Source: Puia sp. (lineage in GTDB: Bacteria > Bacteroidota > Bacteroidia > Chitinophagales > Chitinophagaceae). Taken from it: 64,000 nucleotides of DNA. Shown one piece after another: positions 41,159 through 52,153 of the stretch (the stretch's first letter is position 1; each line of letters begins with the position of its first letter). The notes under the pieces were generated by a model. That model was not told the origin of the DNA. It saw only the letters and a list, made by a program, of their open reading frames with translations, and searched no databases. The DNA lies in NCBI GenBank assembly GCA_035548895.1, contig DASZRP010000254.1, positions 68 to 64,067 on the forward strand, in the 5' to 3' direction. The position numbers were made by a program, and so were the translations under genes.

Positions 41159-42580
41159 GTGAAAAAACAAATACTTTTCTTCTTTGCGATCGCTTTATCG
41201 CTTGTCGCGAAACCCCAATCCATTACCGGAACCTGGCAGGGACTGCTTACGGTAGGGGCGCAGAAGCTTCGGCTTGTTTTTCATGTTCGCGCCGATTCCG
41301 ACGGCAGATACTTGTCTACTTTCGACAGTCCCGACCAGGCCGCTTTCGGACTGCCCTGCAGCGAAACACAGGTTAAGGGTGACAGTATCGAAATGATCAT
41401 TAAGACGATCAATGGCGGCTATCGCGGACAATGGGATCATGCAGACCGAATCAGTGGAAACTTTTTCCAGAACGGCGCGCAGTTCTCCACGCCGCTCGCG
41501 CGTTCAACCGATACCGCTGCCAAAGTGATTGTTAGACCGCAAACGCCCAAGCCCCCTTTCCCGTATAAAAGCGAAGACCTCGAATACGATGATCCGGCAA
41601 CCGGCAACCACTACGGCGCTACATTAACCTTGCCTCCCGGCGCAGGTCCTTTCCCCGCAGCGATCCTCATTACCGGCAGCGGTCAGCAGGACCGCGATGA
41701 AACACTTTTTGGTCATAAGCCTTTCGCGGTGATCGCCGACTATCTCACGCGCCGGGGCTATGCGATATTGCGCGTGGACGACCGTCAGATGGGTCGCAGC
41801 ACGGGGGACGTAGCCAAAGCCACGACCCGCGACTTTGCCAACGACGTGGAAGTAAGTTTCCGCGAACTGCGCAAAAGGAAGGATGTGAATCCGTCGAAGA
41901 TCGGGCTCATCGGGCATAGCGAAGGAGGGCTGATCGCCGACATGGTGGCTGCGGAAAATAAGGACGTCGATTTCATTATCATGTTAGCGGGACCGGGATT
42001 AAAGGGAATCGATCTGCTCTCGCTGCAGCAGGAAGCCATCCTGCGATCGAATGGAACGCCGCCGGAAATAGCGGAGGCATTTAAAAATGGCAGCCTGGGC
42101 ATTATGCAAGCCGTTATTTCTTCTCCGGATACCAGCAGGCAGATGCAGGCTGCCTGGACTTCCTTTACCTCCTGGAAGAACAGCACGCCGCCGGAGGTCA
42201 CCAGAGCGCTCGGCTATCATGGCGACAGCAGTGCAAAGATCTTCGTGCAGCAACAGGTGGAAGGGTTGAACAAACCCTGGATGCGCTATTTTCTGCAAAC
42301 GGACCCGGCAGATTATATCAGCAAGCTGCATTGCAAAGTACTTTCCCTGAATGGAAGCCGAGATGTGCAGGTTGTCCCCGATCAAAATCAGGCTGCTATT
42401 CGTGAAGCCCTGAAGAAAAGCAGCGTGACGAATGCAACCGTTGAAAAGCTGGACGGGCTGAACCATTTGTTCCAGCATTGCAAAACCTGCGTAACGACAG
42501 AATACGGCCAGCTTGAAGAAACCTTCGCGCCGGAAGCCCTGCAGATCATGGGTGACTGGCTCGATAAAAACGTGAAGTAA
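41159..42580 (+). CDS. Secreted alpha/beta-fold hydrolase (S9/S15-like)
   Basis: Signal peptide; GSG.QDRD, GHSEGG nucleophile, GSRDVQV, LNHLFQ. Confidence 0.85.
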   Translation: MKKQILFFFAIALSLVAKPQSITGTWQGLLTVGAQKLRLVFHVRADSDGRYLSTFDSPDQAAFGLPCSETQVKGDSIEMIIKTINGGYRGQWDHADRISGNFFQNGAQFSTPLARSTDTAAKVIVRPQTPKPPFPYKSEDLEYDDPATGNHYGATLTLPPGAGPFPAAILITGSGQQDRDETLFGHKPFAVIADYLTRRGYAILRVDDRQMGRSTGDVAKATTRDFANDVEVSFRELRKRKDVNPSKIGLIGHSEGGLIADMVAAENKDVDFIIMLAGPGLKGIDLLSLQQEAILRSNGTPPEIAEAFKNGSLGIMQAVISSPDTSRQMQAAWTSFTSWKNSTPPEVTRALGYHGDSSAKIFVQQQVEGLNKPWMRYFLQTDPADYISKLHCKVLSLNGSRDVQVVPDQNQAAIREALKKSSVTNATVEKLDGLNHLFQHCKTCVTTEYGQLEETFAPEALQIMGDWLDKNVK

Positions 42581-42581
42581 A

Positions 42582-43175
42582 GTGAACTACCTGGCCCATG
42601 CCTGGCTTTCTTTTGGTGATCCGGATATCCTTACGGGAAATCTGATCAGCGATTTTGTGAAAGGGAAAAAGAAATTCGATTACCCGAAGCCAATACAAAA
42701 CGGCATCACCCTGCATCGCCTGATCGACGACTACACCGATCATCATCCTGCCACCGCCGAAGCCAAACAGATCCTGAAGCCATCGGCCGGCGCGTATGCC
42801 GGCAGCTTTATCGACATCGTGTACGATCATTTCCTGGCCAACGACCTGCATGAATTTGAAACGGATACCGACCTGGCGAACTTTGCAGCAAAGACTTACG
42901 ATCAGCTCGATACCCGGAAAGCGCTGCTGCCGGACAACTTCGAAAAATTCTTCTTCTATATGCGCCGTCAGAACTGGCTCTTCAACTATCGCTTCACAGA
43001 AGGCATTCATCGCAGTTTCCAGGGACTGGCTCATCGCGCGAAGTATATGGATAACGCGGAACCGGTGTTCCAGGCCTTTCTCGACGAATATGAACCGTTA
43101 AGAAACTGCTATGAACTCTTCTTTCCTGCAGTGAAGGCTTTTGCCTACAACGAGTTGCTTTATCTTCGCGTTTAA
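42582..43175 (+). CDS. ACP phosphodiesterase (DUF479/AcpH family)
   Basis: MNYLAH, GN...DFVKG, HR.ID..TD.H, D...DHFLA. Confidence 0.88.
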   Translation: MNYLAHAWLSFGDPDILTGNLISDFVKGKKKFDYPKPIQNGITLHRLIDDYTDHHPATAEAKQILKPSAGAYAGSFIDIVYDHFLANDLHEFETDTDLANFAAKTYDQLDTRKALLPDNFEKFFFYMRRQNWLFNYRFTEGIHRSFQGLAHRAKYMDNAEPVFQAFLDEYEPLRNCYELFFPAVKAFAYNELLYLRV

Positions 43176-43185
43176 TTGATCTGTT

Positions 43186-43752
43186 ATGAAAAGCATGATT
43201 TTCAGCCTGGCCTTTATTTGCTGTTCTGCCATCGCCAGCGCGCAATCCACTACGCAATCCCCGCTCGATCAATCGCCGATGGATATGAGCTATTATCCCG
43301 TCAACTACCCCATCCTCAAAATTCAACATAAGGCCGATGCGCCGCTTATTGCCCGGGTGATCTATGGCCGCCCGCAGAAAAAGAACCGGGTTATTTTCGG
43401 CGACCTGGTGCCTTATCACAGCGTCTGGCGTCTCGGAGCCAATGAAGCCACGGAGATCGAATTCTTCCGCGACGTGAAAATCAACAATAAAAAAATACCC
43501 AAAGGGAAGTATACCCTTTATGCCATTCCCGATACGGCGCAATGGACACTGATCCTGAATACGGAGACCGACACCTGGGGCGCTTTTGGCTACGATGCGA
43601 AGAAAGACGTGCTTCGCCTCGACCTGCCGGTAAAAAAACTCAGCGATACGGTCGACATATTTACGGTCAATTTTGAAGGCGACGATAAAAACAAGACCAG
43701 CCTGAGCATGTCCTGGGATAACTGCCAGGTCTCCATGCCCATCAGCTGGTAA
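43186..43752 (+). CDS. DUF2911 domain exported protein
   Basis: SP, Y.RP....R.IFG.LVPY..VWRLGANEAT, GKYTLY.IP, WG.F.Y. Confidence 0.88.
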   Translation: MKSMIFSLAFICCSAIASAQSTTQSPLDQSPMDMSYYPVNYPILKIQHKADAPLIARVIYGRPQKKNRVIFGDLVPYHSVWRLGANEATEIEFFRDVKINNKKIPKGKYTLYAIPDTAQWTLILNTETDTWGAFGYDAKKDVLRLDLPVKKLSDTVDIFTVNFEGDDKNKTSLSMSWDNCQVSMPISW

Positions 43753-43767
43753 CTAAAACTCATTACG

Positions 43768-44907
43768 ATGAAATTTGCTACCCGCGTTATCCATGCCGGC
43801 ATGGAGCCCGATCCATCTACCGGAGCTATTATTCCACCGGTTTACCAGACCTCCACTTTTGTACAGGCGGCGCCGGGAGACAATAAAGGATATGAATATG
43901 CGCGTTCCCGGAACCCTACACGTACAGCGCTTGAAACCGCATTGGCTAATATCGAGAATGCCCGCTTTGCGCTGAGCTTCGGCAGCGGCGTGGCTGCTTC
44001 CGACGCTGTGATCCGTTTGCTGGTTCCCGGCGACGAAGTGATCGCGGCAAACGATATGTATGGAGGAACCTTCCGTCTTTTTTCCAAGGTATTCGAAAAA
44101 GCTGGAATTCATTTTCACTATGTGAACATGCAGGAACCGGAGAATATCCGGTCACTCGTTACTGCGAAGACAAAGTTGATTTGGACAGAAACACCGACCA
44201 ATCCGCTGATGAATATCGTGGACCTTGAAGCCGTATCCCGTATTGCGAAAGAAAAAAAACTCCTGCTCTGCGTCGACAATACCTTCGCCTCGCCCGCCCT
44301 GCAGAACCCGCTTGACCTCGGTGCGGATATAGTAGTCCATTCCGCCACCAAATACCTCGGCGGCCACAGCGACGTGATCCACGGATGCCTTATGCTCAAC
44401 GACCAGGCTCTTTACGATCAGCTCTACTTCATCCAGAAATCATGCGGCGCCGTTCCCGGTCCCCAGGACTGTTTCCTCGTGCTGCGCGGGATCAAGACCC
44501 TGCAACTGCGTATGGAAAGGCATTGCGAAAACGGGGCTCTCATTGCCCACGCGCTGCGCAAGAACGCCAAAATAGCGAGGGTCTACTGGTGCGGTTTCGA
44601 AGATCATCCCGGCTATGCCATCGCCAAAAAACAAATGCGCGGCTTCGGCGGCATGATCAGCTTTGAGCTAAAGGATGATCGTCCCGAAGAAGTGAAGCGC
44701 GTGCTTTCTTCCACTCATCTCTTCTCGTTAGCGGAAAGTCTTGGTGGTGTCGAATCCCTGATCAGCCACCCTGCTTCCATGACCCATGCTTCCATACCCC
44801 GCGAGGAACGAGTTAAGAATGGCCTCCCCGACGGATTGATTCGCATCAGTGTCGGGATTGAGGATGCAGAGGATTTGATCGAGGATTTGAATAAAACGAT
44901 TGGATAG
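43768..44907 (+). CDS. Cystathionine gamma-synthase/lyase (Cys/Met metabolism PLP enzyme)
   Basis: [46 protein letters not shown]. Confidence 0.92.
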   Translation: MKFATRVIHAGMEPDPSTGAIIPPVYQTSTFVQAAPGDNKGYEYARSRNPTRTALETALANIENARFALSFGSGVAASDAVIRLLVPGDEVIAANDMYGGTFRLFSKVFEKAGIHFHYVNMQEPENIRSLVTAKTKLIWTETPTNPLMNIVDLEAVSRIAKEKKLLLCVDNTFASPALQNPLDLGADIVVHSATKYLGGHSDVIHGCLMLNDQALYDQLYFIQKSCGAVPGPQDCFLVLRGIKTLQLRMERHCENGALIAHALRKNAKIARVYWCGFEDHPGYAIAKKQMRGFGGMISFELKDDRPEEVKRVLSSTHLFSLAESLGGVESLISHPASMTHASIPREERVKNGLPDGLIRISVGIEDAEDLIEDLNKTIG

Positions 44908-44924
44908 AACGGCGCCGGAATATT

Positions 44925-45524
44925 ATGAAACATTTCCTATTTACAATTCTCATAGGGACTTTTTTTAGCGATTTGAACGGTCAAATAGTATTTTCAAACG
45001 ATGACTGTAAACTAACGTTCGAAAAAAGAAATAACGCCACAAATCTTATCTGCTCAGATTCAACAATATCCATAAAGTTCGAGCTAAAGCACAATGTGAT
45101 TCCAACGGGGGAAAATAATTTTGTCATGGTCGACAGTCAGGTTATACAAGTCATTCCTATAAAATTTGATGGTTATAAATACGACGCCCCCAACCTGGAC
45201 ACGAATAATCAAAAGAAACTCCTTGACATTTATTCGCGATACGAATTGAACTATTTTAAAACCGATCTCAATGTCGAAGTAATAAATCCAAACAGCCAAT
45301 GGGTTGTAACAAATTCCAAGAGGGGTTGGTTCGTTTGGTATTTTCGAGTTGGCGAGATACCCCTGCAAGTAGACAAGCGAATAAGAATCCAGCTTCTTGC
45401 CTCAACAGTCATTTCAAATAAAATTATTACGGTAAATGCTCCTATACAATCTGACGAGGACTTTACGAAAGCAGGACTAATTGTAAATGAAATGATGGAG
45501 ACTTTAACTATCACAAAGCAGTAA
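44925..45524 (+). CDS. Low-GC hypothetical exported protein
   Basis: 199-aa ORF with a signal-peptide-like N-terminus (..DLNG/Q), visibly AT-richer than its neighbours; no recognisable domain. Confidence 0.7.
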   Translation: MKHFLFTILIGTFFSDLNGQIVFSNDDCKLTFEKRNNATNLICSDSTISIKFELKHNVIPTGENNFVMVDSQVIQVIPIKFDGYKYDAPNLDTNNQKKLLDIYSRYELNYFKTDLNVEVINPNSQWVVTNSKRGWFVWYFRVGEIPLQVDKRIRIQLLASTVISNKIITVNAPIQSDEDFTKAGLIVNEMMETLTITKQ

Positions 45525-45528
45525 CGTA

Positions 45529-45640
45529 GTAAAACAATGTTTAACCTTACCAATTCTCATTTTGGCAATTACGTTGTCTAATACCGCAGTCGGGCAATAT
45601 GTTTCGCATTACACCGAAAAGCATGGAGTACTGCCAACTG
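45529..45640 (+). pseudogene. Possible remnant of the 5' end of an exported-protein gene
   Basis: Frame from GTA 45529 reads (V)KQCLTLPILILAITLSNTAVG/QYVSHY..., a typical signal peptide without a valid start codon, and runs into the RND gene 3' end. Confidence 0.35.
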
Positions 45641-48600
45641 TCATCTGTCAACAAATTTTATATCATACTCCAGTTCCGGATCAATATTCTGTTCCTCCAC
45701 CTTCTTCGCTTTTTCCATAAGCTCGTCATGATGATCCTTTAGCCAGGCGAGACGTTTTTTCCCGTACGACATCCGCGTGAAGAGTACGAAGAGGACCGGC
45801 ACGATAAAAATGGCTAATGTGGAAGACGCGATCATGCCGCCGAGCACCGTGAACCCGATCGTATTGCGCGACGCGCGCCCCGCACCAGTAGCGAGGGCCA
45901 GGGGCAGCACGCCCAGAATGAAAGCGAGGGATGTCATGATGATGGGCCGCAGCCGAAGTCGCACGGCATCGAGGGTGGATTGCAGCAGATCCTCGCCACG
46001 GTCAACGCGAATCTTGGCAAACTCCACGATGAGAATAGCGTTCTTCGCCGAGAGACCGATCAGCGTAATTAACCCGATCTGCGCATATACATTGTTGGTC
46101 AGCGGCGGAATGCAGGTCAACGCCAGGATGGCGCCAAAAGCGCTGATGGGCACGGCCAGCATCACTGAAAGCGGCACCGACCAGCTTTCATACAAAGCGG
46201 CAAGGAAGAGAAAGACGAAGATAATGCAGAAGCCGAATATATAAATGGTGAGCGATCCCGCTTTGATCTCTTCGTAACTCAGTCCCGAGAAATCATAAGT
46301 GTATCCGCGCGGCAGCTCTTTGGCGGCCAGCTCACGCAAGGCCTGGATGCTTTGCCCGCTGCTATAGCCGGCAGGAATGGAGCCGTCCACTTCAGCGGAC
46401 CGGAAGATATTGAAATGCGAGATCAATGGCGCGGCAATATCCGGTTTGTAGCTGATCAGCGTGCTCAGCGGCACCATTTCACCCATTTGGTTGCGCACGT
46501 AATACTTATTCATTTCGGAGATGAGGGCCCGGTACATGGTGTCGGCCTGTACCACCACATGGTAGGTCTGATGATAAAGTGTGAAATTGTTCACGAAGAG
46601 GCTGCCCATATAAGCCTGCATGGTGGTGAACACATCGGAAATATTCACTCCCAGTTTCTGGCATTTCTCGCGATCCACAGTCAGGTTATAGCTGGGAGTA
46701 TGCGCCGAGAAATAGCAGAAGGCCGTGGAGGTAGCCGGCACTTTTTTCGCAGCAGCCACAAATCGGCTCACCACTTTCTCAAACGTATGGATATCGTCGG
46801 TCGAATTCCCCTGCTCGATCTGCATCGCGAAACCGGCGGCAATGCCAATGCCGCGGATCGGCGGCGGCGGGATCACCACCACATTGGCATTCTTGATACC
46901 CGCACGCAACGCGCCCCGCTTGATCACATCCATCAGCCCGGGCAGCTTGGTCTCCGGCGTCGTTCGCTCGTCCCAGGGTTTCAGCATCACGAACATGGAT
47001 CCGGAGTTGGAAGTGGCGCCCCCGTTCAGAATATTGAAGCCCGACACGGCGGTATAATGCAGGATGCCCGGCGTTTCACTCACCACCTTCATCAGCTTGT
47101 TCATCACCGCCACCGATTGCGTCGTAGCCGAAGCGTCGGGCAACTGATAAGTGATCAGCAAACGGCCGCCATCTTCCATCGGCACAAATCCCGAAGGCTT
47201 GGTGCGAAACATAAAATAGGCGCCGAGACAAATACACAAAAGAATGACCACCACCAGGGGCGAGTAGCGGATGCTTCGCCTCACGCCATTGGTGTATTTC
47301 CTGGTGAACCGGTCGAACCATTTATCGAAACGAAAAAAGAATTTATCGAAGAGATTGGATTGCTTCTCCACCGTAGAGGGTCGCAACAGCAAAGTGCAGA
47401 GCGCCGGCGTGAGCGATAATGCAACAAAAGCCGAAAGGATCACCGAGATCGCTATGGTGATCGCGAACTGCTGATATAAACGGCCCACAATGCCAGGAAT
47501 AAATCCGACAGGTACAAAAACAGCAGCGAGGATCAGCGCAATCGCGATTACCGGCGCAGAGATATCCTTCATCGCGTGATAAGTCGCTTCCTTGGGCGAC
47601 ATCTTCTGTTCGTCGATATAATGCTGCACCGCCTCCACCACGATGATCGCATCGTCCACCACAATCCCGATAGCCAGCACGAAGCCGAACATGGTGAGGG
47701 TATTGATGGTGAACCCGAGCGGAATAAAGAAACAGAAAGTCGCCAGGATCGATACAGGAATGGCGAGTATGGGTATGATCGCCGATCGCCAGTTCTGCAG
47801 GAAGAGAAAGACCACCACGGCTACCAGTCCCAGCGCTTTCAGCAGCGTGCCCACCACTTCCTGCATGGAGACCTTAATGATCGTCACCGATTCGAAGGGG
47901 ACGACATAGTCCACATCGGTCGGAAAGGATTTCCTGAGCTGCTTCAATGCAGCATAGACATTATCGGCTGTTTCCAGGGCATTGCTACCGGGCGTCTGAT
48001 ACACCATCAGCAGGGAGCAGCGGTTGCCGTCAACAAAAGCATTGCTGGAGAAAGTGAACTTGCCCAGTTCTACGCGGGCCACGTCTTTCAGGTAGACCAG
48101 GGTTCCTGTATGGGGATTGCTTTTCACCACAATGTTCTCGTAGTCGCTGGCCTTGCTTAGCATGCTATTCACCAGTATGCTGATCTCCTGCGTCTGGTCT
48201 GCCGGCTGCGGCGGCGCGCCCACCGCGCCTGCGGCGACATATACATTCTGTGAATTCAGGGCAGCCGTTATATCGGAGGGCGTGAGGTTATACGAAGCCA
48301 TCTTCTCCGGGTTCATCCAGATGCGCATGCTGAACTGGTCAGTGCGGGCGCTCACGTCCCCTACCCCTGGTACGCGCAGAATGGCATTCTCGATGAACAC
48401 GCTGGTGTAGTTATCGAGAAAAGTAATATCGTGTGTGTGTTTGGGTGAGTAGATCGCGATCAGCAGGAGCTGGTCGGGATTGCTGGCCCGCACCGTTAGT
48501 CCCAGCCGGCTAACCAAGGAGGGTAGCAAGGGCTTGGCTATGCCGACGCGGTTCTGCACGTTCAGCGCCGCAATATGCACATTGGTCCCGATGCTATAAG

Positions 48601-48880
48601 TGACCCGGATATTCACGCCACCGGAATTGGTGCTCGTGCTCGTCATGTATTCCATGCCGGGCGTACCGTTGATCTGCTCTTCGATGGGAATAGCGACTGT
48701 CTGCTCGACGGTCTGCGCGTCGGCTCCGGTATAGGAACCATTCACCGACACGCTGGGCGGCGAGATATTCGGGTACTGGTCGACCGCGAGATTGAAAATG
48801 CAGATGATGCCCGCGATGCTAAGCACCAGGGAAACCACGATAGCGGTCACCGGCCTCTTGATGAAGGTGCTCGCGATCAT
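45641..48880 (-). CDS. RND (HAE1/AcrB-like) efflux permease, copy 2
   Basis: FI.RPV, GIVVDDAI, GLSAKNAILIVE, RPIIMT. ATGA coupling to copy 1. Confidence 0.93.
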   Translation of the reverse strand: MIASTFIKRPVTAIVVSLVLSIAGIICIFNLAVDQYPNISPPSVSVNGSYTGADAQTVEQTVAIPIEEQINGTPGMEYMTSTSTNSGGVNIRVTYSIGTNVHIAALNVQNRVGIAKPLLPSLVSRLGLTVRASNPDQLLLIAIYSPKHTHDITFLDNYTSVFIENAILRVPGVGDVSARTDQFSMRIWMNPEKMASYNLTPSDITAALNSQNVYVAAGAVGAPPQPADQTQEISILVNSMLSKASDYENIVVKSNPHTGTLVYLKDVARVELGKFTFSSNAFVDGNRCSLLMVYQTPGSNALETADNVYAALKQLRKSFPTDVDYVVPFESVTIIKVSMQEVVGTLLKALGLVAVVVFLFLQNWRSAIIPILAIPVSILATFCFFIPLGFTINTLTMFGFVLAIGIVVDDAIIVVEAVQHYIDEQKMSPKEATYHAMKDISAPVIAIALILAAVFVPVGFIPGIVGRLYQQFAITIAISVILSAFVALSLTPALCTLLLRPSTVEKQSNLFDKFFFRFDKWFDRFTRKYTNGVRRSIRYSPLVVVILLCICLGAYFMFRTKPSGFVPMEDGGRLLITYQLPDASATTQSVAVMNKLMKVVSETPGILHYTAVSGFNILNGGATSNSGSMFVMLKPWDERTTPETKLPGLMDVIKRGALRAGIKNANVVVIPPPPIRGIGIAAGFAMQIEQGNSTDDIHTFEKVVSRFVAAAKKVPATSTAFCYFSAHTPSYNLTVDREKCQKLGVNISDVFTTMQAYMGSLFVNNFTLYHQTYHVVVQADTMYRALISEMNKYYVRNQMGEMVPLSTLISYKPDIAAPLISHFNIFRSAEVDGSIPAGYSSGQSIQALRELAAKELPRGYTYDFSGLSYEEIKAGSLTIYIFGFCIIFVFLFLAALYESWSVPLSVMLAVPISAFGAILALTCIPPLTNNVYAQIGLITLIGLSAKNAILIVEFAKIRVDRGEDLLQSTLDAVRLRLRPIIMTSLAFILGVLPLALATGAGRASRNTIGFTVLGGMIASSTLAIFIVPVLFVLFTRMSYGKKRLAWLKDHHDELMEKAKKVEEQNIDPELEYDIKFVDR

Positions 48881-51800
48881 GTCGTCTTCGGTTTTAACGC
48901 TTCCCGCGAGTGGGCGATCTCATATTCCAGCTCAGGGTCGATGCCCTGCTGTTCCACTTTCCTTGCCCGCTCCATCAATTCTTCATGATGCGCTTTCAGC
49001 CATTCCAGTTTTTCTTTGCCATAGGAAACGCGGGTAATGACGACAAACAATACCGGCACAATAAAAATAGCCAGCGTCGAAGCGGCGGTCATCCCGCCCA
49101 GTACGGTAAATCCAATCGTTCTCCTCGCCACGGCGCCGGCGCCTGTAGCCAATACCAGGGGCAATACGCCGAGAATGAAGGCCAGGGAGGTCATGATGAT
49201 GGGACGCAAACGCAGCTTCACGGCATCGAGGGTGGACTGTAACAGATCCTCGCCCCGGTCTACCCGGATCTTCGCAAACTCGACGATCAGGATGGCATTT
49301 TTGGCCGCAAGGCCGATCAATGTGATGAGGCCGATCTGCGCATATACATTGTCCGTTAGAGAGGGGACGAAGATCAGCGTGAGGATAGCGCCGAAGGCGC
49401 CGATGGGAACGGCCAGCAACACAGAGAAGGGCACTGACCAGCTCTCATACAATGCCGCCAGAAAGAGGAACACGAACGTAATCGAGAATAAAAAGATATA
49501 GATGGTGGTTGAACCGGCGCGGATCTCTTCATAGCTCAGTCCCGAGAACTCATAATTATATCCTGTCGGCAGCACCCGGTTGGCAATGGAAACGAGGGAA
49601 TCGGTGGCCTGTGTACTGCTGAAGCCGGTATTCGAAGCTCCGTCGATCTCCGCCGAGCGGAAAATATTGAAATGTGAGATCAGCGGCGCGGTTTCCGTGG
49701 GATGGTAACTGATCAGCGTACCCAGGGGCACCATGGCGCTGTCCTGGTTACGCACGTAATATTTATCCATGTCGCTGATCAGCGTGCGAAAAGCAGTATC
49801 TGCCTGCACCACCACATGGAAGGTCCGGTTATAAACAGTAAAGTCGTTTATATAAAGACTGCCCATGTAAGCCTGGATGGTGGTGAATACATCACCCACA
49901 TTCACCCCCAGCCTTTCGCATTTTTCGCGATCTACCGTTAGATTATAACTCGGTGTACGGGAAGAATAGAAACTGAAGGCATTAGCAATGGCAGGATTCT
50001 TATTCGCTTCGGCGATGAACCGGTCGACCACCTGCTCAAAAGCATGGAGGTCGTCGTTAGTGCTTCGCTGTTCGATCTGCATGCTGAAGCCCACCGTTTC
50101 CCCGATACCGGGAATGGGCGAAGGCTGGATCACTTCCACGTTCGCATTCCGGATGCCCGCATCCTGAATTCTTTTCTGCATCACGCCGATGATGCCCGGC
50201 ACCTGTTGCTCCCGGTTGCTGCGCTCGTCCCAGGGTTTAAGTTGCACGTAAATAGTACCCGCGTTGGAATTCGTCGCATTATTCACTACGTTAAGGCCCG
50301 AAAGCGCTGCATAATGTGCTACGCCCGGCGTATTCGTTACCACCCGCATGAGCCGGTTCATCACATTCACCGATTGGGTGGTGGCAGAAGCCGGCGGCAA
50401 TTGGAAAGTGACATAAAGATTTCCATCGTCTTCCGATGGAATAAAGCCCGTCGGCTTGACGCGAAATAAAAAGAAAGCACCGGCGCAGATGCAGACCAGC
50501 AGGACGATCACATAGCGCGAAGCCCTGATGCTGCGCTGCACGCCGCGGGTATAACGCTCCGTAACGCGGTCGAACCATTTATTGAAGGCAAAGAAGACGC
50601 GACCTATTCCTTTCTGCTGCCGCCCCGGATCGGAAGGCTTCAGCAGCAAAGTACAAAGAGCGGGAGTAAGCGAAAGGGCGATGAAGGCAGAGAGGATCAC
50701 CGAGATCGCAATCGTAATAGCGAATTGCTGATATAAGCGGCCAACAATACCGGGGATGAACCCGACAGGTACGAAAACAGCCGCGAGGATCATGGCAATG
50801 GCCACCACCGGCGCGGAGATATCTTTCATCGCCCGGTAGGTCGCTTCCTTGGGCGACATCTTCTGTTCGTCGATATAATGCTGCACCGCCTCCACCACGA
50901 TGATCGCGTCGTCAACCACGATCCCGATGGCCAGCACGAAACCGAACATCGTAAGGGTATTGATGGTGAACCCGAGCGGAATGAAGAAAATAAAAGTTCC
51001 CATGATGGAAACCGGTATCGCCAGCACGGGGATCAGCGTGGAGCGCAGGTTCTGCAGGAAGAGAAAGACCACGATGGCGACCAGCCCCAGGGTCTTGAGC
51101 AAAGTACCTACCACATCGGCCATTGACACTTTCACCACGGTGACCGACTCAAAAGGAACCGAATATTCCACATCGGCAGGAAAAGATTGCTTCAGCAAAG
51201 CGAGTTCCTTATAGATCCCTTTAGCTGTTTCCAGGGCATTGGCTCCCGGCGCCTGGTAGATGCGCAGGAAGGAAGCGCGATGACCGTCCACAAAAGAGTT
51301 ACTCGAAAAAGTGAACTTGCCGAGCTCAACGCGCGCCACATCTTTAAGGTAAACGAGCTCGCCGGTAGCAGGAATATTTTTTACGATGATATTCTCGAAC
51401 TCGGAGACCTTGCTTAAGCGTCCATTCACCAGTATGCCGATCTCATAAGTCTGCGTCTGCTGCTGAGGCGGTACGCCTGCAGAGCCGGCAGCTACCTGCA
51501 CATTTTGGGTGTTGAGCGCATTGATCACATCCTGGGGCGTCAGCTTATAAGCCGCCATGTGTTCGGGGTTCATCCAGATCCTCATGCTGAAGTCGTCGGT
51601 AAAGCGGTTGATGCTGCTCACGCCCGGTACGCGCAGCAGCGCGTCCTGGATAAAGATATTCGTGTAATTATCGAGGAAGGTGATATTGTGGGTATTCCTG
51701 GGAGCATAGACCGCCACCATCATCAGCATGCTGGGATTCACCGCTCTAACGGTGACGCCCAACCGGCTGGCCACGGCGGGCAGAAGCGGTGAAGCAATGC

Positions 51801-52137
51801 TGACGCGGTTCTGCACGTCGAGCGTCGCGATATCGATATCGGTGCCGATATTGAAGTTCACGTTCAGCGACATCAGTCCGTTGTTCGTGCTGTTGCTCTG
51901 CATGTATTCCATGCCCGGCGTACCGTTCACCTGCGCTTCTATGGGTGTGGCTACGGTCTGTTCCACCGTCTGTGCGTCGGCGCCGGTAAATTGCGCATTC
52001 ACCTGCACAATAGGAGGCGTGATATCGGGATACTGATCGACGGGCAGGTTCAGAATGCAGATGGCGCCGGCAATCACCAGCACGATCGACACCACCATCG
52101 CAGTGACCGGACGCTTAATAAATGTATTCGCAATCAT
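48877..52137 (-). CDS. RND (HAE1/AcrB-like) efflux permease, copy 1
   Basis: FI.RPV, GIVVDDAI, GLAAKNAILIVE, RPIIMT. Confidence 0.93.
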   Translation of the reverse strand: MIANTFIKRPVTAMVVSIVLVIAGAICILNLPVDQYPDITPPIVQVNAQFTGADAQTVEQTVATPIEAQVNGTPGMEYMQSNSTNNGLMSLNVNFNIGTDIDIATLDVQNRVSIASPLLPAVASRLGVTVRAVNPSMLMMVAVYAPRNTHNITFLDNYTNIFIQDALLRVPGVSSINRFTDDFSMRIWMNPEHMAAYKLTPQDVINALNTQNVQVAAGSAGVPPQQQTQTYEIGILVNGRLSKVSEFENIIVKNIPATGELVYLKDVARVELGKFTFSSNSFVDGHRASFLRIYQAPGANALETAKGIYKELALLKQSFPADVEYSVPFESVTVVKVSMADVVGTLLKTLGLVAIVVFLFLQNLRSTLIPVLAIPVSIMGTFIFFIPLGFTINTLTMFGFVLAIGIVVDDAIIVVEAVQHYIDEQKMSPKEATYRAMKDISAPVVAIAMILAAVFVPVGFIPGIVGRLYQQFAITIAISVILSAFIALSLTPALCTLLLKPSDPGRQQKGIGRVFFAFNKWFDRVTERYTRGVQRSIRASRYVIVLLVCICAGAFFLFRVKPTGFIPSEDDGNLYVTFQLPPASATTQSVNVMNRLMRVVTNTPGVAHYAALSGLNVVNNATNSNAGTIYVQLKPWDERSNREQQVPGIIGVMQKRIQDAGIRNANVEVIQPSPIPGIGETVGFSMQIEQRSTNDDLHAFEQVVDRFIAEANKNPAIANAFSFYSSRTPSYNLTVDREKCERLGVNVGDVFTTIQAYMGSLYINDFTVYNRTFHVVVQADTAFRTLISDMDKYYVRNQDSAMVPLGTLISYHPTETAPLISHFNIFRSAEIDGASNTGFSSTQATDSLVSIANRVLPTGYNYEFSGLSYEEIRAGSTTIYIFLFSITFVFLFLAALYESWSVPFSVLLAVPIGAFGAILTLIFVPSLTDNVYAQIGLITLIGLAAKNAILIVEFAKIRVDRGEDLLQSTLDAVKLRLRPIIMTSLAFILGVLPLVLATGAGAVARRTIGFTVLGGMTAASTLAIFIVPVLFVVITRVSYGKEKLEWLKAHHEELMERARKVEQQGIDPELEYEIAHSREALKPKTT

Positions 52138-52153
52138 GGATCTTCAGTATCGT

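Noticed and set aside
46352-47419. 355-aa plus-strand ORF and other ORFs opposite the RND genes
   Set aside because: Antisense shadows of long GC3-rich genes.
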